This document shows, piece after piece, positions 1 through 9,273 of a DNA stretch of 64,000 nucleotides. The DNA comes from Candidatus Obscuribacteraceae bacterium (lineage in GTDB: Bacteria > Cyanobacteriota > Vampirovibrionia > Obscuribacterales > Obscuribacteraceae), in the NCBI GenBank assembly GCA_044226015.1, contig JBGAHS010000001.1, forward strand, positions 352,001 through 416,000, written 5' to 3'. Within the stretch, counting starts at the first letter, position 1. The number at the start of each line of letters is the position of its first letter. The translations under genes were made by a program, and so were the position numbers. A model generated the notes under the pieces. It searched no databases, was not told where the DNA came from, and saw only the letters and a program-made list of their open reading frames with translations.

Positions 1-1698
1 AGGTAGTCCTAGTCCCGTTCCTGCAGAGCGCTTTCCATCAGCGACTTCTGTCTGCGAGAATCGTTCGAAGATTTTTCCGCGTTGTTCTTCTGGAATTCCT
101 CGACCCTGATCTTGCACAGAGCACTTTATGTATTCTCCGTCTATTTGAGAGCTTATGAGAATTGTCGAACCTTCCGGAGAAAATTTGATTGCGTTGGAGA
201 TGAGGTTTACGAGAACCTGCACGATTCTGTTGGGATCTACCATCCATCGCATATTTGCTGAGTTGACTTTTAGTTCAATTCGCTTCTTTTGAGCAAGGCT
301 TTCTACATCTTGAGCAGCTCGCCTGATCACGTCGTCAACGGTGGACTCAATCTTCTTTACTTGAATATCTGCTGTGTTGCTAGCGTTTAGTTCAAACAGT
401 TCATCGACCAGAGAGACCAGGCGCTCAAGATTGCTGCTGGCTGAGTTCAAACGCTTTGCCGCTTTCTCTGAGAGACGACTTGGCTGGCGTTTTACAATCG
501 CTTGCAACGAGTTGGAAATTGAATGGAGCGGCGCCATTAGATTAGAGCTAATCATTGATAGAAATCGCTGCTTAGATTTCTCGATTTGCTTGGCTTCAGT
601 TTGATCTTGCGCGACGCCGAATAATCGTTGATCAGAATCAGACCAACTAACTGACCAGCGCATTTCGCGCTCTTTTCCATCTTTTGTAAGAACGGGCGCT
701 TCGAAAATAACTGACTCTTGCTGAGTCAACGCTCTGTCCAATGATTCTCTGATAGTGGTGTCGTTGCTGGTGGCTATTTCCTGTAGGCGTCTTCCCTGAA
801 GCTCATCCGCATCGTATCCCCACAGGGTTTTGCTTGAGGGATTTATTTTTGTTATTCGCCCTTCTCTGTCGCAAGCAAAAATGATTTCGCTTGCATTCTC
901 AAATAAAAGCCTTTCCCGATCGGACGCAGCTACGAGCTGTCTGTGCATATGATGAATTGCGTTGTCCACAAGTGCAATTTCGTCACCATATTCGAGTACC
1001 GGATGCATTCGCTTTCCCCGAGAAAGCGCAAATGCATTCTCCGAAATTTGATTGACGCGATCCACAATGCTGCGGCGGAAATAGAAGAGCAAAGCCATTC
1101 CCGCGATAATGTTGGCTAGCAATCCTAGTGCCAGCACGATTTGCTCTGCCAGGTGAATTTCGCTTTGATGTCTGCGGATGTCGTCGGTTAACTGGTTTGC
1201 TACAGCGCAGAGCTCCTGAAGGCGGCTTGGCTTGTCCCCAATCATTTCATCCATCTCTGTCAGGCGCGCTTGAATCTCATCCATGTGCTCAAGGGCATTA
1301 CCCCTTCTGGCGATGTCAGCGAGGCTGTCAACCTTCTCCAGAATGCTTGTATGTTGCTGCCACTCTGAGTCGTCGCGATCGACCTCGGGAATTTTTTTCC
1401 AGAGTTCGCGCGCTTCTTTGAATAAATCGAGGGTTTGTTGTCGTTTGCGCTCATACGTTTCTAGCAGGACAGGCGAGTTGAACTGCAACGAGGCCATAGC
1501 TAGTAAGGGAAGCTGAGCTGTGATACTCATGAGGCGCAATCCAAGGTTTGCCCCTTGTCTGTGTATTGTTTCCTGCTCTCTTTGCTTCTCGGAGATCTCG
1601 AGCAGAATTCCAAGACCGCCGATGAAAGCAGTGCTGATCAAAAGTGGAACTCCGACCAGCACCAAGCCCTTCTGGAAAACTTTTAGTTTGACAGCCAT
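1..1698 (-). CDS. Membrane sensor histidine-kinase-like protein (TM-HAMP-PAS-HisKA-HATPase), runs off the left edge; H-box His appears absent
   Basis: Not in the ORF track because there is no stop in the window. Manual translation from ATG at 1698 gives MAVKLKVFQKGLVLVGVPLLIS; the same frame later gives QVLVNLISNAIKFSP (N box), VQDQGRGIP (G1), IFERF (F) and GTGLGLP (G2) at the window start. Confidence 0.85.
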   Translation of the reverse strand, partial: MAVKLKVFQKGLVLVGVPLLISTAFIGGLGILLEISEKQREQETIHRQGANLGLRLMSITAQLPLLAMASLQFNSPVLLETYERKRQQTLDLFKEARELWKKIPEVDRDDSEWQQHTSILEKVDSLADIARRGNALEHMDEIQARLTEMDEMIGDKPSRLQELCAVANQLTDDIRRHQSEIHLAEQIVLALGLLANIIAGMALLFYFRRSIVDRVNQISENAFALSRGKRMHPVLEYGDEIALVDNAIHHMHRQLVAASDRERLLFENASEIIFACDREGRITKINPSSKTLWGYDADELQGRRLQEIATSNDTTIRESLDRALTQQESVIFEAPVLTKDGKEREMRWSVSWSDSDQRLFGVAQDQTEAKQIEKSKQRFLSMISSNLMAPLHSISNSLQAIVKRQPSRLSEKAAKRLNSASSNLERLVSLVDELFELNASNTADIQVKKIESTVDDVIRRAAQDVESLAQKKRIELKVNSANMRWMVDPNRIVQVLVNLISNAIKFSPEGSTILISSQIDGEYIKCSVQDQGRGIPEEQRGKIFERFSQTEVADGKRSAGTGLGLP

Positions 1699-1773
1699 GC
1701 CATGTATATACCCGGCGGATGGCTAAAACTGCGGTCGCCGAAGATTACTTGATAGACAGGGCTTTTGAGGATT

Positions 1774-2907
1774 TTAATTTGCTTTGAGGATCTTGTAGAC
1801 ATCGCGGAAAACCACACTGGCATTTATTTCAGCGCTTGAGGAAAAAACTATAATTCCCAGCTTACGTTTCGGTGAAAATCCGACATAGCTGCTTGTGCCA
1901 TTAAGCATTCCGTTCTTTCCATAAACGTCGAGCGCGTCGTCTCGAAGCCATGCGATGCAGCTAGTCGATTGCCCAGCCTTCGTTTTTGCTCGTCTTTTGC
2001 ACATTTCTATTATGTTCTCCGCAATTCTTCTTGATGCTGCAGGTGTCGCGGTATTTGATGGCGTGAACTTGATAATGCAATCAAGCAGTTTGTACATATC
2101 TTCCGTGGTTGATTTAAGTCCACCGGCTGCGCCCCCAGAGAAGGGAGCATTTTGCAGCTCTGCTCCATTTTCATCGTGTCCGACTGCTAGTCTGCTTACG
2201 GCTTCGGGTGCAATGCGCAATTTAGTTTCGTTCAAACCAAGTGGTTCCAGTATTTTTTCTTTGAGAAACTGCTCGTAAGTTTCCTGACTGACAGATTCAA
2301 TTATCTCCCCAATCAGGCGATAGCCGACATTGCTATAGCTATACTTTTCGCCAGGCAAAAACTCCAGTTTGCAGTTTGCCAGAAATTGATGGAACTGCTC
2401 AATTCCGTATTTCTCGCGATTGTTCATGTTATCTGGATTAGCTGGCAGCCCTGATGTATGTGTCGCAAGCTGGAAAACTGTAATTAGCTTGCCATTTTTT
2501 TGAGGCAAGCTCACAGTCTTTGGTAATAGTTTTTCCGCATTATCGTTGAAAGATAGTTTGTTCTCTCGCCAGAGTTCTGTAAGCAATATGCCTGTGAAAA
2601 CTTTGGTAATTGAAGCAATTTCGAAAATTGTTTTTTCGTCCGGCCTGACTACGCTTGCTCCTTTTATCGTGCCTATGCATACAGTTTTGTGTTGCTCACC
2701 ATTTGTGATGCCGATCACCAGTGCGCCTTTTTTATTCCGGCTTACAGTAGACGCAAGTTTTTCAACTTGTTTTACTAGCGATTCATCTATGCTTTTCTTT
2801 TGTGCCATCGCGCGGCAACTAAAATGAAAGGCAGCTATGAGCATCGCGCATGCAACAAGGCACTTTATTTTTAAGGAGAGGCGATTCTGAAAGCGAATTG
2901 AAAGCAT
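1774..2907 (-). CDS. Serine hydrolase, beta-lactamase class C / PBP-like family, with signal peptide
   Basis: FEIASITK (SxxK), LATHTSGLP, YSYSNVGY (YxN), GGLKST. Confidence 0.9.
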   Translation of the reverse strand: MLSIRFQNRLSLKIKCLVACAMLIAAFHFSCRAMAQKKSIDESLVKQVEKLASTVSRNKKGALVIGITNGEQHKTVCIGTIKGASVVRPDEKTIFEIASITKVFTGILLTELWRENKLSFNDNAEKLLPKTVSLPQKNGKLITVFQLATHTSGLPANPDNMNNREKYGIEQFHQFLANCKLEFLPGEKYSYSNVGYRLIGEIIESVSQETYEQFLKEKILEPLGLNETKLRIAPEAVSRLAVGHDENGAELQNAPFSGGAAGGLKSTTEDMYKLLDCIIKFTPSNTATPAASRRIAENIIEMCKRRAKTKAGQSTSCIAWLRDDALDVYGKNGMLNGTSSYVGFSPKRKLGIIVFSSSAEINASVVFRDVYKILKAN

Positions 2908-3027
2908 CGAAGGGTAGGCTCAATCTTAAGGAGAAGATTTCTCTTTTCGGGCTTGCTGACAACGTCGGCGATGTATAATTGTCCGGACATTTCGGGTAAT
3001 GATTTCATATTTTAGCGGAGCATTCCA

Positions 3028-3930
3028 ATGAAAATACTGGCGGCGGTTGACACTACCAAGCACTCTCAGAATGCTCTCAAATGCTTGAAGGGGCTAAACC
3101 TTAATCAAGATAGTGAAGTCAAGCTTGTCAAAGTTAGGAAGGGCGACCCCGGCAAAGGTGAAGCAGAGTCATACCTGCAGAAACTAACCGAGCAGTTAAA
3201 GAATGAACTCAACTGTAGTGTAAGTTACGAGGTTTTAGAGGGAGATCCCAAAAACAAGATTGTTGAAGCAATCAAAAGCTTCACAGCCGACCTTGCACTG
3301 TTGGGAACCCGTGGTCATAAGGGCATGGAATTGATGCTCTTAGGGAGCGTTTCGCAAGGCGTGTTGATGCAATCTCCTTGCCCTGTTCTCATAGTGAAAA
3401 ACAATGATGAGGACGAGTCGGGCTTGGGAAGTTTCCAGCGCATCATTCTAGCTGCAGATAATTCTGATTACTCGCAAGCTGCGTTGAATTGGCTCAAGAG
3501 ATTCAAGTGGAATGCGGATGCCTCGTTCAAAATTATTACTGTGATTCCGCATCTTTTTGAAAGCTTCGAAGATGAACACACTACCAGTATGACCAGCATT
3601 TTGGATCAGCAGCAAAGATTGCGTGAAGCTGCTGAGCGGCAACTGGAGTCTATGGCACGTTCTCTGGAGTCTCATTGTGGCTCTGAAGTGAGCATTGAAA
3701 TCACAGAAGGTGATCCCCGCGAAGAGGTTCTTCGTAGCGCCTCTGCTTGGAATGCCGATCTGATCGTAATGGGCTCTCATGGACGCACTGGACTTACCAA
3801 GCTCTTGTTGGGCAGCGTATCGCAGGCTGTTGCTCTTCATTCCGATTGCGCCGTAGCTATCGTTCGTGGGTTGGTGCAAAAGTCTAAAGTGATGCAGCAG
3901 ACAGGACGCTTCATCAAGCCTGGTAAGTAA
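3028..3930 (+). CDS. Universal stress protein (tandem USP domains)
   Basis: Two copies of G-D-P...DL..MG(T/S)(R/H)G..G...LLLGSVSQ.V.....C.V.IV. Confidence 0.92.
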   Translation: MKILAAVDTTKHSQNALKCLKGLNLNQDSEVKLVKVRKGDPGKGEAESYLQKLTEQLKNELNCSVSYEVLEGDPKNKIVEAIKSFTADLALLGTRGHKGMELMLLGSVSQGVLMQSPCPVLIVKNNDEDESGLGSFQRIILAADNSDYSQAALNWLKRFKWNADASFKIITVIPHLFESFEDEHTTSMTSILDQQQRLREAAERQLESMARSLESHCGSEVSIEITEGDPREEVLRSASAWNADLIVMGSHGRTGLTKLLLGSVSQAVALHSDCAVAIVRGLVQKSKVMQQTGRFIKPGK

Positions 3931-4032
3931 AGCAAGATCGTCCCTTACTCGCGAAGAGATTTAAAATACGAAACCCCGCTTGTGGCAGGGTTCCGTAAAG
4001 GGTAAAGGCTTGGGTTCGTTTGTAGTAATAGA

Positions 4033-4095
4033 TTAGCCGAATGGGTTTAGATTCAAAATGTAGAAGAGAGCAATCTTGCTTGCATAAATCTGCAC
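4033..4095 (-). CDS. Putative 20-aa small peptide (V/M)QIYASKIALFYILNLNPFG, repeat copy 1
   Basis: GTG..TAA, 63 nt, AAGGGTG upstream; same length and position as four other copies. Confidence 0.5.
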   Translation of the reverse strand: MQIYASKIALFYILNLNPFG

Positions 4096-4308
4096 GGTAT
4101 ACACCCTTTGAAAAAAACAGATTGCCTGGCGCTGCATTGCAGCAGGCTCTCGTTCCGTTTGATGTTTCGATTGCTTTTATTAGCGGCTAGCACTGCTTAG
4201 AAGAATTCGATCCCCTCGGTACACTCTATTAAAGCTTTAAAATACGAAACCCCGCTTGTGGCAGGGTTTCGTAAAGGGTAAAGGCTTGGGTTCGTTTGTA
4301 GAAGTAGA

Positions 4309-4371
4309 TTAGCCGAATGGGTTTAGATTCAAAATGTAGAAGAGAGCAATCTTGCTTGCATAAATCTGCAC
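4309..4371 (-). CDS. Putative 20-aa small peptide (V/M)QIYASKIALFYILNLNPFG, repeat copy 2
   Basis: GTG..TAA, 63 nt, same sequence as copy 1. Confidence 0.5.
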   Translation of the reverse strand: MQIYASKIALFYILNLNPFG

Positions 4372-4595
4372 GGTATACACCCTTTGAAAAAAAAAACAGA
4401 TTGCCTGGCGCTGCGCAGGCACATTACAGCAGGCTCTCGTTCCGTTTGATGTTTCGATTGCTTTTGTTAGCGGCTAGCGCTGATTAGAAGAATTCGATTT
4501 CTTCGGTACACTCTATTGAAGCTTTAAAATACGAAACCCCGCTTGTGGCAGGGTTCCGTAAAGGGTAAAGGCTTGGGTTCGTTTGTAGTAATAGG

Positions 4596-4658
4596 TTAGC
4601 TGAATGGGTTTGGATTCAAAATGTAGAAGAGAGCAAACTTGCTTGCATAAATCTGCAT
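4596..4658 (-). CDS. Putative 20-aa small peptide MQIYASKFALFYILNPNPFS, repeat copy 3
   Basis: ATG..TAA, 63 nt; forms the tail of ORF-track entry 4596..4859. Confidence 0.5.
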   Translation of the reverse strand: MQIYASKFALFYILNPNPFS

Positions 4659-4722
4659 CATGGGCCAGTCAGAATACAAAGTAGCTGTACTTCTATGATA
4701 TGCTGGCAGTGCTAGTTGCTGG

Positions 4723-5022
4723 ATGCTGAGCGCAATGTCGTCACCTGGATATTCTGCTTTGACCGATTGGTACCTCGCGCGGCTGCGAATTGCTGCGCAG
4801 GAAATGAAAGACGCAAACTTAACTCCACGAACTCTGTTGGAAGCTGATTTCGATCTCATCAGAAAGTTAGTTCAAAGTCGCGCCGAAATTCAAGATAAGC
4901 AATATGAACAGATTGTAGCCAGGTTCAGAGCGGAAAATCGCTTGATGTGGATAGCAGAGCTGGTGATATATCTTGTCGGATTTCTTGGAACCGTGGTTTT
5001 TTGTGTTCTGTATTTGATTTGA
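4723..5022 (+). CDS. Small hypothetical membrane protein (C-terminal TM helix), possibly a gene remnant
   Basis: 99-aa ORF ending WIAELVIYLVGFLGTVVFCVLYLI; an in-frame upstream ATG (4660) is interrupted by TGA at 4696. Confidence 0.4.
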   Translation: MLSAMSSPGYSALTDWYLARLRIAAQEMKDANLTPRTLLEADFDLIRKLVQSRAEIQDKQYEQIVARFRAENRLMWIAELVIYLVGFLGTVVFCVLYLI

Positions 5023-5026
5023 ATTT

Positions 5027-6436
5027 TTAGTCTGTTTGTAGATCTTCGTTTTTGACACGTTTGAGATTGAACGAAAATGCTGCACCGCCCGTGGTTGCGT
5101 CTTCGACCCAGATTTTTCCGCCTTGAAGTTCTATGAGTTGTCGACATATGTATAGTCCCAGTCCTGTCCCTGTGATCACATGGTTAGAGCCCACATCTTC
5201 GGATTTGAATCTCTCAAAGATACTCTTCTTCCTTGCGTCGGGCACCCCAGGTCCTTCGTCCGTGATCGTAATAGTCACAGTCTCTGCTAACACATTTTCT
5301 GTTACAACAACGGCAGAGTTGCTGGGCGAGAACTTAATCGCATTTGATATCAGGTTTGAGAAAATGTGCGATAGGTGCCCAAAGTCTGCCAGCACTATTG
5401 TTGAAGATTCTGGAAACACCACTCGAATTTGTTTTAGAGCAGCAAAATTGGAAAGCATTGTGTTGCATTGTTCATACAAATCTGTAAGAGGAATGTACTC
5501 AAATGATGCCTGCTGGTCTCCTCCTTCCAGCTTTTCAGCTTCGAGCAGCTGATTTATCATTGCCAGGATGTTTTCGGTTCCCAATTTTGCTTTAGTAATT
5601 TCTGCTTGCATCTTTTCTGGAAGTTCTCCATAGAGTCCTTTTGATAAGGATTCCATGAAGTAGCTGATGCCTGTTATGGGAGCGCGAAGGTCGTGCGTTA
5701 CCATCGCAGCAACTTCTGCTTTTAGACGCTGGTTTTGCTTCCGTTCGCTAATATCTTTGCAAAGGCAGAAATAGCAACTTAAATTGTTTGACCATTCCGA
5801 TTGAATCTCGAGGTCAATGAGTTTGGCATGTGCAGATTTTGCGCGAACTTCTAAGGTCTTTTTGTTGTCGCCTTCTTTCACTGTCTTAAAAAAGTTGAGG
5901 AATGTGGTTGAGTCCTCTTCAGCTATTATTGAGCGCGCCGGTGTACCGAGCAATGAAGCGACACTGTAACCAAGCAAACTTTCAGCTCTCAAATTGGCTT
6001 CAATGATCTTTATTTCTTCATTGAGGCATAAGAGCAGGTCCGAGCTGTAATCTGCGATCAATCTCTCGCGTTGTCTGGCGAGTTCCAGTTCTTGAACAAT
6101 ATTTTTACTGACTTCTTCCAGATTCATGTCCTCTGATTTTTCTTTGAGTTGAGCTAACAGTTTCGCCTTCGCTTCAAGTTGGGGTTCTAGAATTTCCTTT
6201 TGAAGGATTCTTGCCGTTCGGGCACAAAGAAAAGTGAGTAGCAGCCAGCTAGCAATGCATAGTAGTGTCACCCCCAGCTGTTTGTCTGAGTTTGTGGGTG
6301 CTAACTGCAGGTTTAAAGACAGAAGGGACACAAATCCAAGCAACATTATTGCAATCAACAGCAAAAGAGGATTCTTCACAAACTTACTCGCCTCGGAATG
6401 ATTCAAGTATAGTGGACATTGATGTTCCTTGAACAA
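5027..6436 (-). CDS. PAS-domain sensor histidine kinase
   Basis: Two TM helices, PAS, H box VTHDLRAP, NLISNAIKFSP, DEGPG, GTGLGL. Confidence 0.93.
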   Translation of the reverse strand: MFKEHQCPLYLNHSEASKFVKNPLLLLIAIMLLGFVSLLSLNLQLAPTNSDKQLGVTLLCIASWLLLTFLCARTARILQKEILEPQLEAKAKLLAQLKEKSEDMNLEEVSKNIVQELELARQRERLIADYSSDLLLCLNEEIKIIEANLRAESLLGYSVASLLGTPARSIIAEEDSTTFLNFFKTVKEGDNKKTLEVRAKSAHAKLIDLEIQSEWSNNLSCYFCLCKDISERKQNQRLKAEVAAMVTHDLRAPITGISYFMESLSKGLYGELPEKMQAEITKAKLGTENILAMINQLLEAEKLEGGDQQASFEYIPLTDLYEQCNTMLSNFAALKQIRVVFPESSTIVLADFGHLSHIFSNLISNAIKFSPSNSAVVVTENVLAETVTITITDEGPGVPDARKKSIFERFKSEDVGSNHVITGTGLGLYICRQLIELQGGKIWVEDATTGGAAFSFNLKRVKNEDLQTD

Positions 6437-6499
6437 GTTAGAAAATTGAATACCAGCTAAGGCTGATTATCATAATTCTTATGACTCTGGTGCATAATT

Positions 6500-7186
6500 T
6501 TGGCAAAAATAATTCTCGTTGAAGACGAACAGTTCATTGCTAACAGTGTCAAAAACTGGTTGGAGAATGAAAATCACACAGTCGATGTTGTAAGCAATGG
6601 CGACGATGGACTTTATCGTTTGTTGAATTATTCATACGATTTGGCGATTCTAGATTGGCAACTCCCCGGCATGCAAGGTGCCGATATTTGTCGTGAACTA
6701 CGTGCAAAACAATACGAGATTCCAATATTGATGCTGACGTCGAGATCTAGCCTGCCTGACCGATTGGAAGGCATAGAAAGTGGAGCCTTCGACTACATGG
6801 TGAAGCCCGCGTCACTGGAGGAATTGAGTGCGCGGGTAAGGGCACTTCTTCGAAGAATAACTCCTCCAGAACTTGCAAGTGTGATTGTCGCGAATCTCGA
6901 ATTGAAGAAGGAGTCGCATGAAGCATTTGTAAACAACGAAAAGCTAGCGCTCTCCCCTATAGAGTTTCAACTTCTGGAATTGTTTTGTGAAAATCTTGAT
7001 AGAACCATCACTGCCGACAGTATTGTAAGAAAATTATGGGCTGGAAAAGAAACTCAATCCAGGCAACACTTACGTGTGCATATGACACATTTACGGCAAA
7101 AGCTGAAGTCAGCCCAGTGCCAGCTTGTAATAGTCAGCCCCAGTGGTGGTGGCTATTTGGCGCAAAAACAGAGCGAGTCAGGCTAG
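6500..7186 (+). CDS. OmpR/PhoB-family response regulator
   Basis: ILVEDE, LDWQLPG, DYMVKP and a winged-helix C-terminus; divergent from the kinase at 5027..6436. Confidence 0.93.
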   Translation: MAKIILVEDEQFIANSVKNWLENENHTVDVVSNGDDGLYRLLNYSYDLAILDWQLPGMQGADICRELRAKQYEIPILMLTSRSSLPDRLEGIESGAFDYMVKPASLEELSARVRALLRRITPPELASVIVANLELKKESHEAFVNNEKLALSPIEFQLLELFCENLDRTITADSIVRKLWAGKETQSRQHLRVHMTHLRQKLKSAQCQLVIVSPSGGGYLAQKQSESG

Positions 7187-9051
7187 TTAGATTTGCCAGT
7201 GAGTTTCTTTTCAATAGCAACCAATTGGGCTCTGGCAGCTTTTCTTGCTGAAATAAATTCTTCCTTGTCAGCCTCTGTTAGCTCAAGTACCTGTTTGTAA
7301 GAGTCCTGCGCACCTTTTAGGTCATTACACTCCATCTGGCAGAAACCCAAGTTTGTATAATTGGAGGTTAGTGCCCGGCTGAGGTTCAATCTCGCTTCCT
7401 TCTCCGCGTAAGATCTTCCCATCGAACCGCCAAAGTATTGGATCGCTCCTTGGTAATTGCTGCCATCTGTACGCAGAATGTTGATGCTGCGATTGAAGAA
7501 TGGTCTTGCTTCATCATAGTGTTTCATTAGCATCTCAGTGTCTGCTGCCGATTCAAGTGCTCCTAATAAAGCCAGTCTTCGTTGACCATTCGACTTCTCT
7601 GTGAGGGCGATTACTTTCTCGTACACTTTCATTGCCTCGGGCAGTTTATTTTGAAATCGATAGTTGCTTGCCAGGGACAAAAGCAGGCTTTCGTCTGTAG
7701 TTAAGTTCAGTTTCTCGAAATCATTGGACGCATGAGCTAGTTCTCGCAGTTTGAGAGCTCTAATGCGCAGTGGTACGGCGGCTTTGTAGTTTTGAACATC
7801 GTCATATATCTGGGCAAGATCTTCCAGCGGTGAGATGAGATAGGGGCTGTTGCCGCCATATCTTTTTTCTTTCATTGCAAGAATTCTCTTTTGAGCTTCG
7901 ATGCTTGAAAGCTTTATTTTTTTTCCGTGGTCTTGCGGAATCGAATCTCTGTGCACTGCCTTTTCGGGCATCAATTTTAAGCGAAAAAGCATCGTCATCG
8001 ATGTAATTGCAAGAAGGAATACAAACGGTACGGACTGAAGAAAAATGCTCTTATTGGTTCTCGTGGTGAACTTCTTGTTCCAGCTAGTGCAACGGCGTGG
8101 CAGTATTTTATGGAGATCGAGATTACCTTTTATTGCTTCCGTTATCTCATCGCAGCGGGAGAATCGGTCCTCTGATTCCTTTTGAATGCACCTCAAGATA
8201 ATCGCCTTAAATAAAGAATCTTTTGTGTGATTTGTTAACCGAAATTCTGGTTCGGAGGGGAAAAGATTTTGGTGGAAATAGAATGATGTTAGTGGTGTTT
8301 CCGATTCGAAGTTGGACTTTCCACTTAGAAGTTCCATCATGATGTAACCAAAAGCATAAATATCCCAACTGGCATCAACATTCGGCAGTGAAAGAATTTG
8401 TTGGGGGCTCATATATCGATAATTTCCGACCAGAGCCCCAGTCCTTGTAAGTTTCTGAATTTCAGGGTCAAGAAGTTTAGCAAGCCCGAAATCTATCAAA
8501 CGAACGCGAAAGCCGTCAGCATCTTTTTGCAAGTAAATATTAGATGGACTCAAATCGCGATGAATAATTCCACAACTATGTAGATATGTGAGCGCCTTCA
8601 ACGATTGCAGCAAAATAGATTCAGCAAGTTCTAAATCCAGCGGCTCTTGCCGAATCAACTTACTGAGAGCTTGTCCCTCCAGGTGCTCCATAACCAGAAA
8701 TGGCGTGCTTTCGTCAAAAAAATCCATTGTGTAAATTGACACGATGTTCGGATGTGAAAGTTGAGCAAGAATTTGAGCTTCTCGTTTATATCGGTCAATA
8801 TCAGATATATCAATTAACTTCAGTAGCTTGATTGCTACTTTTCGGTTGAGCTTCTCGTCAACGGCCGTATAAACGTAGGCGAATCCGCCCTCACCGATAA
8901 AATCGACAATGCGATAGTGGCTACCAATTACGGTACCTGGCGTTAGTTTAACGAGGCTCATCGATGCTTCACAGGCTTGTGAATGATCTATTCCCTGTTT
9001 TGGATTTTCGTTAGCGCAGATCTTCATAGGACCCTTTGAACACCCTTTCAA
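7183..9051 (-). CDS. Hanks-type Ser/Thr protein kinase with TM helix and TPR repeats (true start probably ~8961)
   Basis: IGEGGFAYVY, VAIK, HRDLSPSN, DFG, then TM and TPR-like helices. Confidence 0.9.
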   Translation of the reverse strand: MKGCSKGPMKICANENPKQGIDHSQACEASMSLVKLTPGTVIGSHYRIVDFIGEGGFAYVYTAVDEKLNRKVAIKLLKLIDISDIDRYKREAQILAQLSHPNIVSIYTMDFFDESTPFLVMEHLEGQALSKLIRQEPLDLELAESILLQSLKALTYLHSCGIIHRDLSPSNIYLQKDADGFRVRLIDFGLAKLLDPEIQKLTRTGALVGNYRYMSPQQILSLPNVDASWDIYAFGYIMMELLSGKSNFESETPLTSFYFHQNLFPSEPEFRLTNHTKDSLFKAIILRCIQKESEDRFSRCDEITEAIKGNLDLHKILPRRCTSWNKKFTTRTNKSIFLQSVPFVFLLAITSMTMLFRLKLMPEKAVHRDSIPQDHGKKIKLSSIEAQKRILAMKEKRYGGNSPYLISPLEDLAQIYDDVQNYKAAVPLRIRALKLRELAHASNDFEKLNLTTDESLLLSLASNYRFQNKLPEAMKVYEKVIALTEKSNGQRRLALLGALESAADTEMLMKHYDEARPFFNRSINILRTDGSNYQGAIQYFGGSMGRSYAEKEARLNLSRALTSNYTNLGFCQMECNDLKGAQDSYKQVLELTEADKEEFISARKAARAQLVAIEKKLTGKSN

Positions 9052-9273
9052 ACACTAAAGCAGACCGCGGGTTGGTCTGCTTTGTGCGGAGTTTGATGCT
9101 CTTTCATCTTATTCAAGGGGCATTAATTTTTTGTGGCATGAGTGCACACGTGATTTCACGATTTCCTTCCACAATTTATTAATCCCCGAAGTTGTTCAAT
9201 TCCAACAGTTCGACATCCCCATTTGAAGGCAACAAAGGGCGTTTGCATTTCTCTATAATTAAGGAGTCTTCGC

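Larger units (their letters stand above)
3960..4661. repeat. Tandem long direct repeat (~2.5 units, periods 276 and 287 bp); 66-bp conserved core at 3960, 4236 and 4523
   Basis: Core TTTAAAATACGAAACCCCGCTTGTGGCAGGGTT(C/T)CGTAAAGGGTAAAGGCTTGGGTTCGTTTGTAG occurs three times with near-identical flanks. Confidence 0.95.

Noticed and set aside
3960..4661. CRISPR array interpretation of the repeats
   Set aside because: The core is 66 bp, the intervening sequences are >200 bp and nearly identical to each other, and there are no cas genes in the window.
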